Below are positions 1-10,059 of a stretch of DNA of 64,000 nucleotides, in pieces. The translations under genes were made by a program, and so were the position numbers. This DNA is from Alphaproteobacteria bacterium (lineage in GTDB: Bacteria; Pseudomonadota; Alphaproteobacteria; UBA828), in the NCBI GenBank assembly GCA_965214705.1, contig OZ243972.1, positions 1,536,001 through 1,600,000 on the forward strand. Direction: 5' to 3'. Numbering within the stretch: position 1 is the stretch's first letter; each line of letters begins with the position of its first letter. The notes beneath the pieces were generated by a model. That model did not search any database and was not told the origin of the DNA. It worked only from the letters and a program-made list of their open reading frames with translations.

Positions 1-1
1 G

Positions 2-991
2 GACGGTGGGGAAGGGACCGACAGTCCGCCGTCGGCAGGCGACGGCGGCGCCGCAGCCGGTCCGCAACCCGACGCGGACGATGACGACCGCGGCGGCGAC
101 GACGATGACAGCGAACCGCAGCAGCAGGAGATTCTGGGCGAGGACGACCCCAACGGCGATGGCGCCGCCGGCCAGGGCGATTCCGCCGATGGCGCGGACC
201 CGCAGCACGGGGACGATTCATCCGGCGACAGCGACTCCGGCACGCCGCCGAGCTGCGATCCGTCGGGCACCGGCGAGGTGATGGACGCACCGGCCGACAA
301 CGGCGACGACGACGGCGCCGGCCAGGGCCCGCCCGATGTCTCCGCCGAGGAGCAGGCCTGGGACGAAGCCATGCATCAGGCCCTGAACCTCGCCAAGGCG
401 CAGGGGAAGGCGCCCGGCGCGGTGGAGGAGACTATTCAGGGCGCCCACCGCAGCACCCTGGACTGGCGCTCGCTGCTGCGCCGCTACATGACCGATGCCG
501 CGGCCCGCGACTATTCCTGGAGCGTGCCCAACCGGCGCTTCATCGATTCCGGCCTCTATCTCCCCTCGATCCGATCGGAGGGGATGGGCACGCTTGCCGT
601 CATCATCGACACCTCGGGTTCCGTGGACAGCGATGCCCTGGCCGCGTTCTGGTCGGAGGTGCGCGAGGTCGCGGCCGAGATCGAGCCCGAACGCATCGTC
701 GTGCTCCAGGTCGACGCCGCGGTGCAGGACGAGGAGCACTACGCGCCGGGCGAGCTGCCCAAGCGGATCGTCGTCAAGGGACGCTGGGGCACCGACTTCC
801 GGCCGGGCTTCGCACGCCTCGCGGAGCAGGGCATCCGGCCCGCCGTGTGCCTGTATTTCACGGACATGGATTGCGACCGCTATCCCGAGACGGAGCCCGG
901 CTACGACGTGATCTGGGCGGATTACAGCGCCGCCGACCGGCTGTCTCCGGAACCGCCGCCCTGGGGCGAGCACATCAGGATCGACGGCTGA
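2..991 (+). CDS. VWA-domain / putative metallopeptidase protein (DUF2201-like), 5' end outside the window
   Basis: The frame is open from base 2. An acidic D/G-rich linker precedes LDWRSLLRRY, YSWSVPNRR, IIDTSGSV (MIDAS), GTDFRP and YFTD motifs typical of this family. Confidence 0.8.
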   Translation, partial: DGGEGTDSPPSAGDGGAAAGPQPDADDDDRGGDDDDSEPQQQEILGEDDPNGDGAAGQGDSADGADPQHGDDSSGDSDSGTPPSCDPSGTGEVMDAPADNGDDDGAGQGPPDVSAEEQAWDEAMHQALNLAKAQGKAPGAVEETIQGAHRSTLDWRSLLRRYMTDAAARDYSWSVPNRRFIDSGLYLPSIRSEGMGTLAVIIDTSGSVDSDALAAFWSEVREVAAEIEPERIVVLQVDAAVQDEEHYAPGELPKRIVVKGRWGTDFRPGFARLAEQGIRPAVCLYFTDMDCDRYPETEPGYDVIWADYSAADRLSPEPPPWGEHIRIDG

Positions 992-1054
992 AATCGGGGG
1001 AGCGGCGCCTACGCCCCTCCGCCGAGCGCCAGACCACCAATCAAGGAGCACGCC

Positions 1055-1468
1055 ATGATGCCCACGGCCACCTGCCAGTATTGCGGCATCTGGAACGGGC
1101 CGGCAGACCAATGCGGCCCGCTCAAGAACGCCTGGGAGCGCGTCCAACCGGGAGACACGGTTCCGGCCGGCGAGTGCCCGAAGTGCAACGCCTCCGCGAT
1201 GCTCGACGAGACGAGGCAGGAACCCAGCGCCACCATCGTCACCACGCTGGTGCCGGAGCGCGCCACGAAGTTCGGCGTCCGCTCGACCGCGTCGGCCCTC
1301 GCCGACGTCATGTGGCTCGCCGCCAGCAGGTACAGCTACCGCGTCGAGGACCTCGGATCATCCGGCTTCCGGGTCGCGGTCTACCGCGAGACACCGAAGC
1401 GCGACACCGCTCCGCGCGGCTACCTGCGCATCGAGACCGCGTCAGCACAGCGGCGCCATCGGGCGTGA
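1055..1468 (+). CDS. hypothetical protein with two CxxC pairs (Zn-ribbon-like)
   Basis: RBS AAGGAG; CQYC...PAGECPKC. Confidence 0.6.
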   Translation: MMPTATCQYCGIWNGPADQCGPLKNAWERVQPGDTVPAGECPKCNASAMLDETRQEPSATIVTTLVPERATKFGVRSTASALADVMWLAASRYSYRVEDLGSSGFRVAVYRETPKRDTAPRGYLRIETASAQRRHRA

Positions 1469-1537
1469 GGCTCTGGAGAAATTGCGAACGCGCGTCTTGC
1501 GCGGGAGTACCCGGAGTCAGCTGGAGGGAACGACCTC

Positions 1538-1564
1538 GCGGGTTCGAATCCCGCCCGCCCCACC
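1538..1564 (+). other. tRNA 3'-half-like sequence (T-arm plus acceptor strand)
   Basis: GCGGG-TTCGAAT-CCCGC-CCGCCCC-A-CC. No convincing matching 5' half at canonical spacing. Confidence 0.4.
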
Positions 1565-1660
1565 GTTCCCCCGCATCGCGAGGACCGACACCATGACCAA
1601 GGTAGAGACCGCCACCTGCCAGGACTGCGATTGGCAGGGCACCGTCACGGAGGCCGCGTG

Positions 1661-1999
1661 ATGCAGGAGAGAAGCGCGTTCGAATTCGGCGGCAACCGGA
1701 TCGTCCGCCAGTCCGAGCCGATGAAGATCGGTAAGCACGAATGGCGGCTCACCCTCTACCGCTCCCCGCATCACGAGCACCCCCTGATCGGCTACGAATG
1801 GCGCCGCGCCGACGGCGCGCCCATCCGCCGCAGGTACCCCGGCGGCACCTACTGGCTCGACGGCTCCACCTGGATGCGCGACGAGGACTGGCCCTCCTAC
1901 AACCACAACGACGGAGAGTGGGGCGGCATGCCGCGCACCCTGCGCACGCTGTGGGAGAGGTGCCCGTGGGCGCACACGCGCGAGACCCGCCCCGCCTGA
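1661..1999 (+). CDS. hypothetical protein
   Basis: ATG overlaps the stop of a 22-codon CxxC mini-ORF (1593-1661); GC3-rich coding pattern. Confidence 0.55.
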   Translation: MQERSAFEFGGNRIVRQSEPMKIGKHEWRLTLYRSPHHEHPLIGYEWRRADGAPIRRRYPGGTYWLDGSTWMRDEDWPSYNHNDGEWGGMPRTLRTLWERCPWAHTRETRPA

Positions 2000-2184
2000 C
2001 GCTCCCCGATAGCGCGACGCACCCTCGCCGCCTGCAGCACGGCCCGGCCTCTCGCCGCCGGGAGGTCCGGGCAGCCCCGCGCGGGGCGGCCGGCCGGGGC
2101 CTGGAGCGGGCAATCCCTCCCCGTCCCACCGGGCCGCACTGCCGCCCTGACGCGCCCCCTGCGCGAGCCACGGAGGAACTCCGC

Positions 2185-2940
2185 ATGATGCCTTCGACCG
2201 AGACCCTCGGCCGCCACACCGTCCTTGCGGCCATTCTCGTCACCGCCCGCGCGATCGTCGCCGATCCCGCGCGCTGGTGCCACTACCACCACGCCAAGGA
2301 CGCCAACGGCCACACCTGCGAAGGACGTTCGGACCGCGCCGCCGCGTGGGGCGCCGTCGGCGCCCTCGACCGCGCGGCCGCTGACGCCGGCGCGGCGCAC
2401 GTCAACTTCCTCGACGCCCAGCAGCACATGAAGGACGCGTCCGTCATCGCCGGGCGCAAGTGGACCGGCACACCCTGGCTCCTCAGCACCGAGGCCGCAC
2501 ACGCCATGACCGTGGCGTGTTTCGACGAAGCGCTCGACATCCTGCGCAAGCCGCCCGCTCCCGGCCCGCTCCACGCCCTCGCCGTGGCCCGCACCCTGAT
2601 CGCCCGGCCCGAGCGCTGGGCGCAAGGCGCCATCGCCCTCGACCGGCGCGGCCGCGCCCTCGTCACCTTCGACGGCGGGTGCCGCTTCTGCGCCGCCGGC
2701 GCGCTCGGCCTTGCCAGCCACGTGCTGACCGAGCGGCCCCCGGACGGCAAGCTCGCCGGGTCCCCCTTCGACCAAGCCGAGCGCCTGCTCGACTCCGCTG
2801 CCTACAAGCTCGGCGAGTACCAGAGCTACATCGGCCTCAACGAGCACGACACTCACGCCAAGGTCGTCGCCATGTTCGACCACGCCCTCGACATGGCGCG
2901 TGCGGACTCCGCCCCTAGCCCGGAGGCATCGTCACCATGA
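2185..2940 (+). CDS. tandem-domain protein (DUF6197-like, two repeats)
   Basis: RBS GGAGGA. Two repeats of AR.LI..P.RW.....A.D..G......C/G A.GA. Confidence 0.6.
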   Translation: MMPSTETLGRHTVLAAILVTARAIVADPARWCHYHHAKDANGHTCEGRSDRAAAWGAVGALDRAAADAGAAHVNFLDAQQHMKDASVIAGRKWTGTPWLLSTEAAHAMTVACFDEALDILRKPPAPGPLHALAVARTLIARPERWAQGAIALDRRGRALVTFDGGCRFCAAGALGLASHVLTERPPDGKLAGSPFDQAERLLDSAAYKLGEYQSYIGLNEHDTHAKVVAMFDHALDMARADSAPSPEASSP

Positions 2941-3359
2941 CCGCCACCGCCCCCACGCCCCGCGACCTCCTCGTCGAGGCGCGCACGCTCATCGCCAGGC
3001 CCGAGGACTGGACCCAGGGCGCCGCCGCGCGCGACGTCGACGGCGAGCCCGTCGGCGTCGAGCATCAGGACGCCGTCTCGTGGTGCGCCACCGGCGCGAT
3101 CAACTGCGCCATGTACCGCCATGCGGATTCCCTGGACGTCCCGCCGCCGCTGCAGCAGGCCCGCAACCAGGCCGGGACCATTCTCACCAGGACCGTGCGG
3201 GCGCTGACCCTCGGCCATTACACGGAGGCCACCACTTATAACGATCAGACCAATCACGGCTGCGTCGTACATGCCTTCGATATCGCGATCGCCGACGCCG
3301 ACAGACTTTGCGGCAAGCACTCGAGCGGCCGCGCCAGGGGCACGGAGCGCGCACGATGA
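2937..3359 (+). CDS. single-domain paralog of the preceding protein (DUF6197-like)
   Basis: ARTLIARPEDWTQGAAARD...WCATGAI...YND; ATGA overlap with the upstream gene. Confidence 0.65.
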   Translation: MTATAPTPRDLLVEARTLIARPEDWTQGAAARDVDGEPVGVEHQDAVSWCATGAINCAMYRHADSLDVPPPLQQARNQAGTILTRTVRALTLGHYTEATTYNDQTNHGCVVHAFDIAIADADRLCGKHSSGRARGTERAR

Positions 3360-3690
3360 CCGCCGCCGCCCGCCTTCCCCGCACGATCCGGAATCCGTAC
3401 CGCACGCCGCGTCCCGCGGTGATCAGCTTCTCAGGGGGCCGCACCTCGGGGTTCATGCTGAAGAAGATCCGATCCTGGCGGACTGGTGGATAGAGCAAGA
3501 GGCCAAGGTCGCGAATCGCACCGGCCCCGACGGCCGCGCCGGCGAATCGATGAAGCGCTTCCGCCTCGGCGAGACCTACGCCGAGCTGAAGGCCGCCGCG
3601 CTCGCCCACCGCGACCTGTTCGACGATGGCGCGGCGTCCTCCGCCAACGACGGCGACACCGATACCTTCGACTGCCACCGCACCGACTGA
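3356..3690 (+). pseudogene. PAPS-reductase-like (PP-loop) gene with a large internal deletion
   Basis: The N-terminal VISFSGGRTSGFML is joined out of frame, at GAAGAAGATC (~3460), to a C-terminal ADWWIEQE...RFR...C..TD segment. Confidence 0.65.
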
Positions 3691-3818
3691 TCTCCGCCAC
3701 TCCTCTTCCCGCCGCGCTCCGCCGAGAGGTCGAGCGGGATGCGTGACTTCCGGCGAGGGCCGGTGCTCGCGGAGCGAGTCCGGTCCTCTCCCATCCACGC
3801 ATTCCCGGAGACCGTTTC

Positions 3819-4150
3819 ATGCACGACCCAGTCATCCGATCCATCCCGCTCCACCGGCTGGAGCGCTCGCCCGCCAACGTCCGCAAGACGGAGGCCGGCA
3901 AGAGCGCGTTCGCCGAGCTCAAGGCATCCATCGCCGCCCACGGCCTGCTCGAGAACCTCGTGGCCCGCTCCATCGGTCCCGCCGAGGACGGCAGCGAGCG
4001 CTTCGCCGTCATCGCCGGGGCCAGGCGTCTGGCCGCGCTGAACGACCTCGCTCGCAAGGGCAGCATCGCTTCCGACTTCCCCGTGCCCTGCCGCGTCATC
4101 GAGAACGGTCTGAGCGACACCGAGCTTTCGCTCGCAGAAAATGTGCTCCA
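3819..4150 (+). pseudogene. parB: ParB/RepB/Spo0J family protein, fragment 1
   Basis: NVRKT...LKASIAAHGLLENL...VIAGARRL...ELSLAENVL; interrupted by IS1634. Confidence 0.85.
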
Positions 4151-6310
4151 CCCAAGTTGGCACTTTTCCGCTGCCTGTGTTCCCTATTGGTTTGATTCAA
4201 CGCGATATTTTTCTCGGTCGATTCCAACATGGCCCCACATTTTGTGAGATTCTGTCAGCTCATCAGACGGGTCCTCGTGCGGTGGATGGCGGGGTCCACG
4301 CCCGCCGCCGAGGAGATTGCGGCAACCTCGGCGGCCGGGCGCGTGTCCTGGCGGTTGACGATCAAGGTGCCGTCGGTCTGGCGCAGGCGCGTGGTGATCC
4401 GCACCCAGGTCCGCATGCTCTCGCGGATCGACGCCCAGCACTTGTGGATGCCGCGCGCGGCCAGCCGGGTACGGATCAGATGCACGGCGTGGTAGGCCAG
4501 CACGGCGATCAGCAGGTGGGCCGCGATGCGCCGGTCGAGCTGGTGCCAGATCGGGCGAAGGCCGAGCTCGGATTTCAGGCTCCGGAATGTCGCCTCGATA
4601 TCCGTGATCCGCCAGTACGTCCGCAGGACCGTCTCGATGTCCCAGTCGACGTGGCTGGTGCGCAGCACATAGGCACCGGCGCCCTCATCGGCCTCGTCGT
4701 ATCGCGGCCTGCGCTTGAAGCGCACGGCGGTGGCATTGGGGCCGGTTTTCGCCCTCTCGACCGTGATCTCGTAGTGCCTGGCGACGGCGGAGAAGCGCTG
4801 CTTGAGGCGGCCTATGCTCTCCAGCACCTTGTCGTAGCGCTTGAGGCGGCCCTTGACCGGGAGGCCGCCGTGGAGCCTTTCCAGCGCCGCCTCGAAGCGG
4901 TTCCGCCTCAGGCCGATGATCGCGTTCTCGGCCTTCTTCTTGCCCTCGCTGACGACGTAGAGCCGCGCCTCGCCGTCCTCGCTGGCAAGCCGCCAGGCCC
5001 GCACCTCGTGGCGCGCGCTGGTGATCAGCAGGGCCTCGGGTCCGCCCTCGGGCGGCGCAGGCCTGGCACCGCGGCTGACCGCGATCCAGTCGTAGCCCTG
5101 CTCGCCCAGCCACGCGATGTTTTTCTCGGTGGCGATGCCCGCGTCCATGACCACCGTGGGCTTCGGCGCCGTGCCGCCGCACACCGCCTCGAGCCGCGCC
5201 AGCGCCTCGTGCAGCGTGCCCGGCTCGCTCACGTTGCCCGGCAGGATCTCGCAACTGCGCGGGAAGCCCGCGCCGTCGAGCGCCAGCGCCAGCGTGATGA
5301 GGGGACAGTCGTCGCGCTTCTGCTTGGAGCGCCCGAACCTGGGAAGCTCGCCGCCCGTGTGGCCGTGGTAGTGGACGTTGGTGAGATCGTAGAAGGCGAT
5401 CGTCTCGGGCAGGTCGAGCAGTGCGCGCTCACGGTTGAACAGCTCCCGCTGGATGGCGGCGCGGTGGCGCCAGAGCAGGTCGCCGATGCGGTAGAGCGTC
5501 TTGCGCCGCAGCGCCTTGCGGTCGCCCTCCAGGCCCAGGAGCTCGGCGGCCGCGCTGTCGTGGCGGAGCCAGCGGCTGGTATCACGCTCGCTGGCGGGAT
5601 GGACCATCCTGGCGACGATCAGCGCGCTGGCGATGCGCCCGTCGCGGCCCTTGATGTCGAGGCCGTGGAGGATTTCGGCGAAGCCGAGGGCGTCGAGGGC
5701 CTTGAGGCACAGGCGCTCGCAGCCGACCGTGCGCGGGTTCTCGTGCTCCAGGGTATCGAGGTCGACGGTGGCGATGTCGGGCTTGCGCGCCTCTTCCTGC
5801 ATCGCCTCGACGCGGAACCCCCTGGCCCTGAGCTTGGCGACGATGTCCTCGGCTGCGGCCCGCACATCCGCCTCGCCCTCGAACAGCGGCGGCTTGCCGT
5901 GAAGCAGCGCCTCGGCGAGTTCGGTGACGGCCTTCCACTTCTCGCGCGGCACCGGATAGTCGGTGCCGAGATTGAGCAGCGTCCTGTGGCGCACCTTGTC
6001 GCCGACGCGCTGGGCGAGCACGAGGCGATGGCTTCGGACCGGCTGGCCGGCCTTGTCGGTGTGTGTCCTGGTTGCCTTGATGTACATGGCGGCGCCGTTT
6101 CTGCGATGCCTGTTTCGCATACACGGCGTTCGCGGCATCTGGCAAGAGGGATATCGACTCAACTCCAAAGTCCTGGCCCCACAATTGGCTTCCAGGACCA
6201 CGAATGGCAAATGTGGGTCTCAGGTGTCCTCCAACCCCAACATCTAGTGGTTCAGCGCCGCAAAACTGGCTCGAACAGGCTCGGCTGGTCGGAAAAAGTG
6301 CCAACTTGGG
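4151..6310 (-). mobile_element. IS1634-family insertion sequence
   Basis: Terminal IRs CCCAAGTTGGCACTTTT / AAAAGTGCCAACTTGGG, flanking TCCA duplication. Removing the element restores parB ENVLQAAMHP. Confidence 0.9.
4255..6087 (-). CDS. IS1634-family DDE transposase
   Basis: FYDLTN, FGRSKQKRDD, VVMDAGI, IEATFRSLKSELGLRPIWH. Likely start MYIK at 6087 (ORF open to 6210). Confidence 0.9.
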   Translation of the reverse strand: MYIKATRTHTDKAGQPVRSHRLVLAQRVGDKVRHRTLLNLGTDYPVPREKWKAVTELAEALLHGKPPLFEGEADVRAAAEDIVAKLRARGFRVEAMQEEARKPDIATVDLDTLEHENPRTVGCERLCLKALDALGFAEILHGLDIKGRDGRIASALIVARMVHPASERDTSRWLRHDSAAAELLGLEGDRKALRRKTLYRIGDLLWRHRAAIQRELFNRERALLDLPETIAFYDLTNVHYHGHTGGELPRFGRSKQKRDDCPLITLALALDGAGFPRSCEILPGNVSEPGTLHEALARLEAVCGGTAPKPTVVMDAGIATEKNIAWLGEQGYDWIAVSRGARPAPPEGGPEALLITSARHEVRAWRLASEDGEARLYVVSEGKKKAENAIIGLRRNRFEAALERLHGGLPVKGRLKRYDKVLESIGRLKQRFSAVARHYEITVERAKTGPNATAVRFKRRPRYDEADEGAGAYVLRTSHVDWDIETVLRTYWRITDIEATFRSLKSELGLRPIWHQLDRRIAAHLLIAVLAYHAVHLIRTRLAARGIHKCWASIRESMRTWVRITTRLRQTDGTLIVNRQDTRPAAEVAAISSAAGVDPAIHRTRTRLMS

Positions 6311-6552
6311 TCCAGGCCGCAATGCATCCGGCCGACCAAGTGCAGGCCTTCGGCGCGCTCGCGCTCGCCGGCGCCACCGTTGCCGACATCGCCGCCCGTT
6401 TCGGCGTTTCCGAGCACATCGTCGAGCAGCGCCTCCGCCTCGGCCACGCCGCGCCGGAGCTGCTGGACGCCTACCGGGAGAACGCCATCGACCTGGAGAC
6501 CTTGAAGGCCTTCGCCGTCACCACCGACACCGCGCGCCAGGTGATGGTGTGG
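6311..6552 (+). pseudogene. parB: ParB family protein, fragment 2 (HTH)
   Basis: AMHPADQ...ADIAARFGVSEHIVEQRLRLG...AFAVTTD; ends at the island core TGGTGTGG. Confidence 0.85.
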
Positions 6553-6930
6553 TCCCGAATTCGATATTACTGGGGTGCGTCAGGTAGTGGAGTGAGTCGT
6601 TTTCTCTCCTGCGTATGTGTTACATTACAGGTGATTGGGTCGTTTCGCAAGAGGATTGTGGCGGCTTTTATCTGATATAAAATTTTACGCCTTGAACCGA
6701 TCAGTTGCAATCTGGGAAGTGAAGGCGTATGTCAGGAGTGGCGAGTCTGTCGTTGCGGAGAAACACACGATGGATATTCGCGTTGTAGAGGGGGTAAGGC
6801 GGTGGGTTCCGGTGACGTATGCGGATGGGTAAGTCGTAACTGTTTTATATGGTGTTATGCAGGTGGTTGCGGCACGAAGGCGGGGCCTTCGAGGTTTGTC
6901 ACGCAGTATTGCACCGTCCCCGGGGTGCCC

Positions 6931-8632
<1,702 letters not shown>

Positions 8633-8662
8633 GGGGTTTATATCCGAAGGTAACCGCGACCC

Positions 8663-8669
8663 ATAAATA
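8663..8669 (+). promoter_or_regulatory. T4-type late-promoter-like motif ATAAATA
   Basis: TAAATA at 8664-8669, 5 nt before ATG 8675. The same hexamer occurs at 9943, 10037(-) and 11734(-). Confidence 0.55.
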
Positions 8670-8674
8670 GGACC

Positions 8675-8941
8675 ATGGACACTGAGACGAAACGTCAGAT
8701 CATAGCCGAGCTGAGCGATAAGACGCTCAGGAGCTACCGCAAGAAGACAAAAGGCGACGATGACCGGTGGATCGGTCGAGCCATCGCGAAGGCCAAGATG
8801 ACCGGCAAGGTCGATCCCAACGCGCGCGACGAGACCAGCGTGGAGATCGGCAGCACTGAGCGGGAAGCAAGGGCACGAAGGAAGGCGAAGAAGGCGCTAC
8901 GGAGAGTCGTCAGGAACTTTCGCTCGCGTCGCGAGTCCTGA
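8675..8941 (+). CDS. small basic protein resembling T4-like phage internal head proteins
   Basis: MDTETKRQIIAE-LSDKTLRSYRKK...; K/R-rich; directly behind TAAATA. Confidence 0.6.
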   Translation: MDTETKRQIIAELSDKTLRSYRKKTKGDDDRWIGRAIAKAKMTGKVDPNARDETSVEIGSTEREARARRKAKKALRRVVRNFRSRRES

Positions 8942-9718
8942 CGCACTGGGTTTCAACCACGCCGGGTTCCCAGCGCGAGGCCAGAACAGTACAGGCGCCG
9001 CCATTCCCTTCTTTCTGTAGTCGTCGGGTAGCTTCTTTCTAACGTATCGGTCGAACGCGTCGCCGACGAAGACCTGTCTACCGACGAATCCGAACTTGTT
9101 CTTTCTCTCGTCAAGGGTACGACCTTCGGGTCGCCACGTACAGTCCTCGAACACGGCTACACAGGTCCCGTCGACTATCGCGAGTACGTAGTCCGCTCGA
9201 TTCGCCTTATCGCACTTGATCGTCCAACAGCATCGAACGGCTTCGTAAACACTACCCCATCGGTTGATCGTTTGCTCCTTAGTCTTGATGAAGATAAGTC
9301 GATGATGCGGGTCCGGTTTCATTGGCGGTGGGGCGTATCGTTCCTCGAGTTGTTCGGCAGTCGCCGGACCTCGTTTTCTTGAGTCCTCTCCCGTTGCCAA
9401 GTTGGTCAGCCCGCGCATTGCGTCGATCAATGCCGCCTCGACTTCCTTCGCCGTTTCCTCGCTCATTCCGTGACGGTGCACCACGTGACCCGGTTCGAGA
9501 CCGGCGAGTCGAATCTCGTGTATGATCTCTAGCTTTTCCGTAGGAGGATCGGTCTCCTCGTTCAGTACGAGATCCGCGTTCGCGTGAGCGTATACTCGAT
9601 CACCTTGTCCTCTCCCAACGTAGAAGGTTTGACCGTTTCTTGGATCGATCAGTCGGTATACGTAGTGATCGATCTCTCTCGCGACGCCGCTGGAAAATGA
9701 CTTTCGAACCTTGCCCAT
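8897..9718 (-). CDS. LEM-3-like GIY-YIG nuclease domain protein
   Basis: YVYRLIDPRNGQTFYVGRGQGDRV..H, EVEAALID, LTN. Probable ATG at 9718 (GTG 9730 possible). Confidence 0.85.
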   Translation of the reverse strand: MGKVRKSFSSGVAREIDHYVYRLIDPRNGQTFYVGRGQGDRVYAHANADLVLNEETDPPTEKLEIIHEIRLAGLEPGHVVHRHGMSEETAKEVEAALIDAMRGLTNLATGEDSRKRGPATAEQLEERYAPPPMKPDPHHRLIFIKTKEQTINRWGSVYEAVRCCWTIKCDKANRADYVLAIVDGTCVAVFEDCTWRPEGRTLDERKNKFGFVGRQVFVGDAFDRYVRKKLPDDYRKKGMAAPVLFWPRAGNPAWLKPSASGLATRAKVPDDSP

Positions 9719-9738
9719 ACCACACCCCACGTCCGTTC

Positions 9739-9891
9739 CGGCCCGGCCGTGGTGCCGGGCCGTTGCAGAAACGCACGCGAACGTGAGAAACCCCGCCTAT
9801 TCGCCGGGCAAGGGTGGCCAGACCCAAGTCGGGTAGCAGGCTGTTCTATTCAGCGGGCGACCCGACGGAGCGGGTTCACGCGCGTTTCTGC
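9739..9891 (-). ncRNA. putative structured leader/ncRNA upstream of the GIY-YIG gene
   Basis: 18-bp closing stem 9874-9891/9765-9782, with G-U pairs only on the minus strand; internal hairpins; then a 9-bp hairpin 9739-9762. TTGACG-18-TAGCCT lies upstream. Confidence 0.55.
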
Positions 9892-9953
9892 GGGATCGAG
9901 GCTAGGACGGACGGGAGACGGGCGTCAAGCGACACCGGCGACTAAATAGCGGC

Positions 9954-10030
9954 GGTTCCGTAGCTCAGTTGGATAGAGCAGTTGTCTTCCACGCTTCAGG
10001 TTGCGGGTTCGAGTCCCGCCGGAACCGCCA
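9954..10030 (+). tRNA. atypical tRNA / tRNA-like gene (Arg-type body, TCC at the anticodon position, mismatched anticodon stem)
   Basis: Acceptor GGTTCCG/CGGAACC-G-CCA; D arm GCTC-AGTTGGATA-GAGC; T arm GCGGG-TTCGAGT-CCCGC. The anticodon stem GTTGT/GCTTC has two T-T mismatches. Confidence 0.8.
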
Positions 10031-10059
10031 CGGCAGTATTTATCGAGACGATTCAATGA

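Noticed and set aside
4141-6675. 844-aa plus-strand ORF and similar long ORFs (34594-37059, 46729-48930, 21388-23553)
   Set aside because: Antisense shadows of real GC-rich genes. Only 6311-6552 of the first one is real (parB).
9954-10030. The tRNA as the integration site of the island or as an opal suppressor
   Set aside because: It lies inside the IS with no duplicated 3' end, and the loop reads TCC, not TCA.
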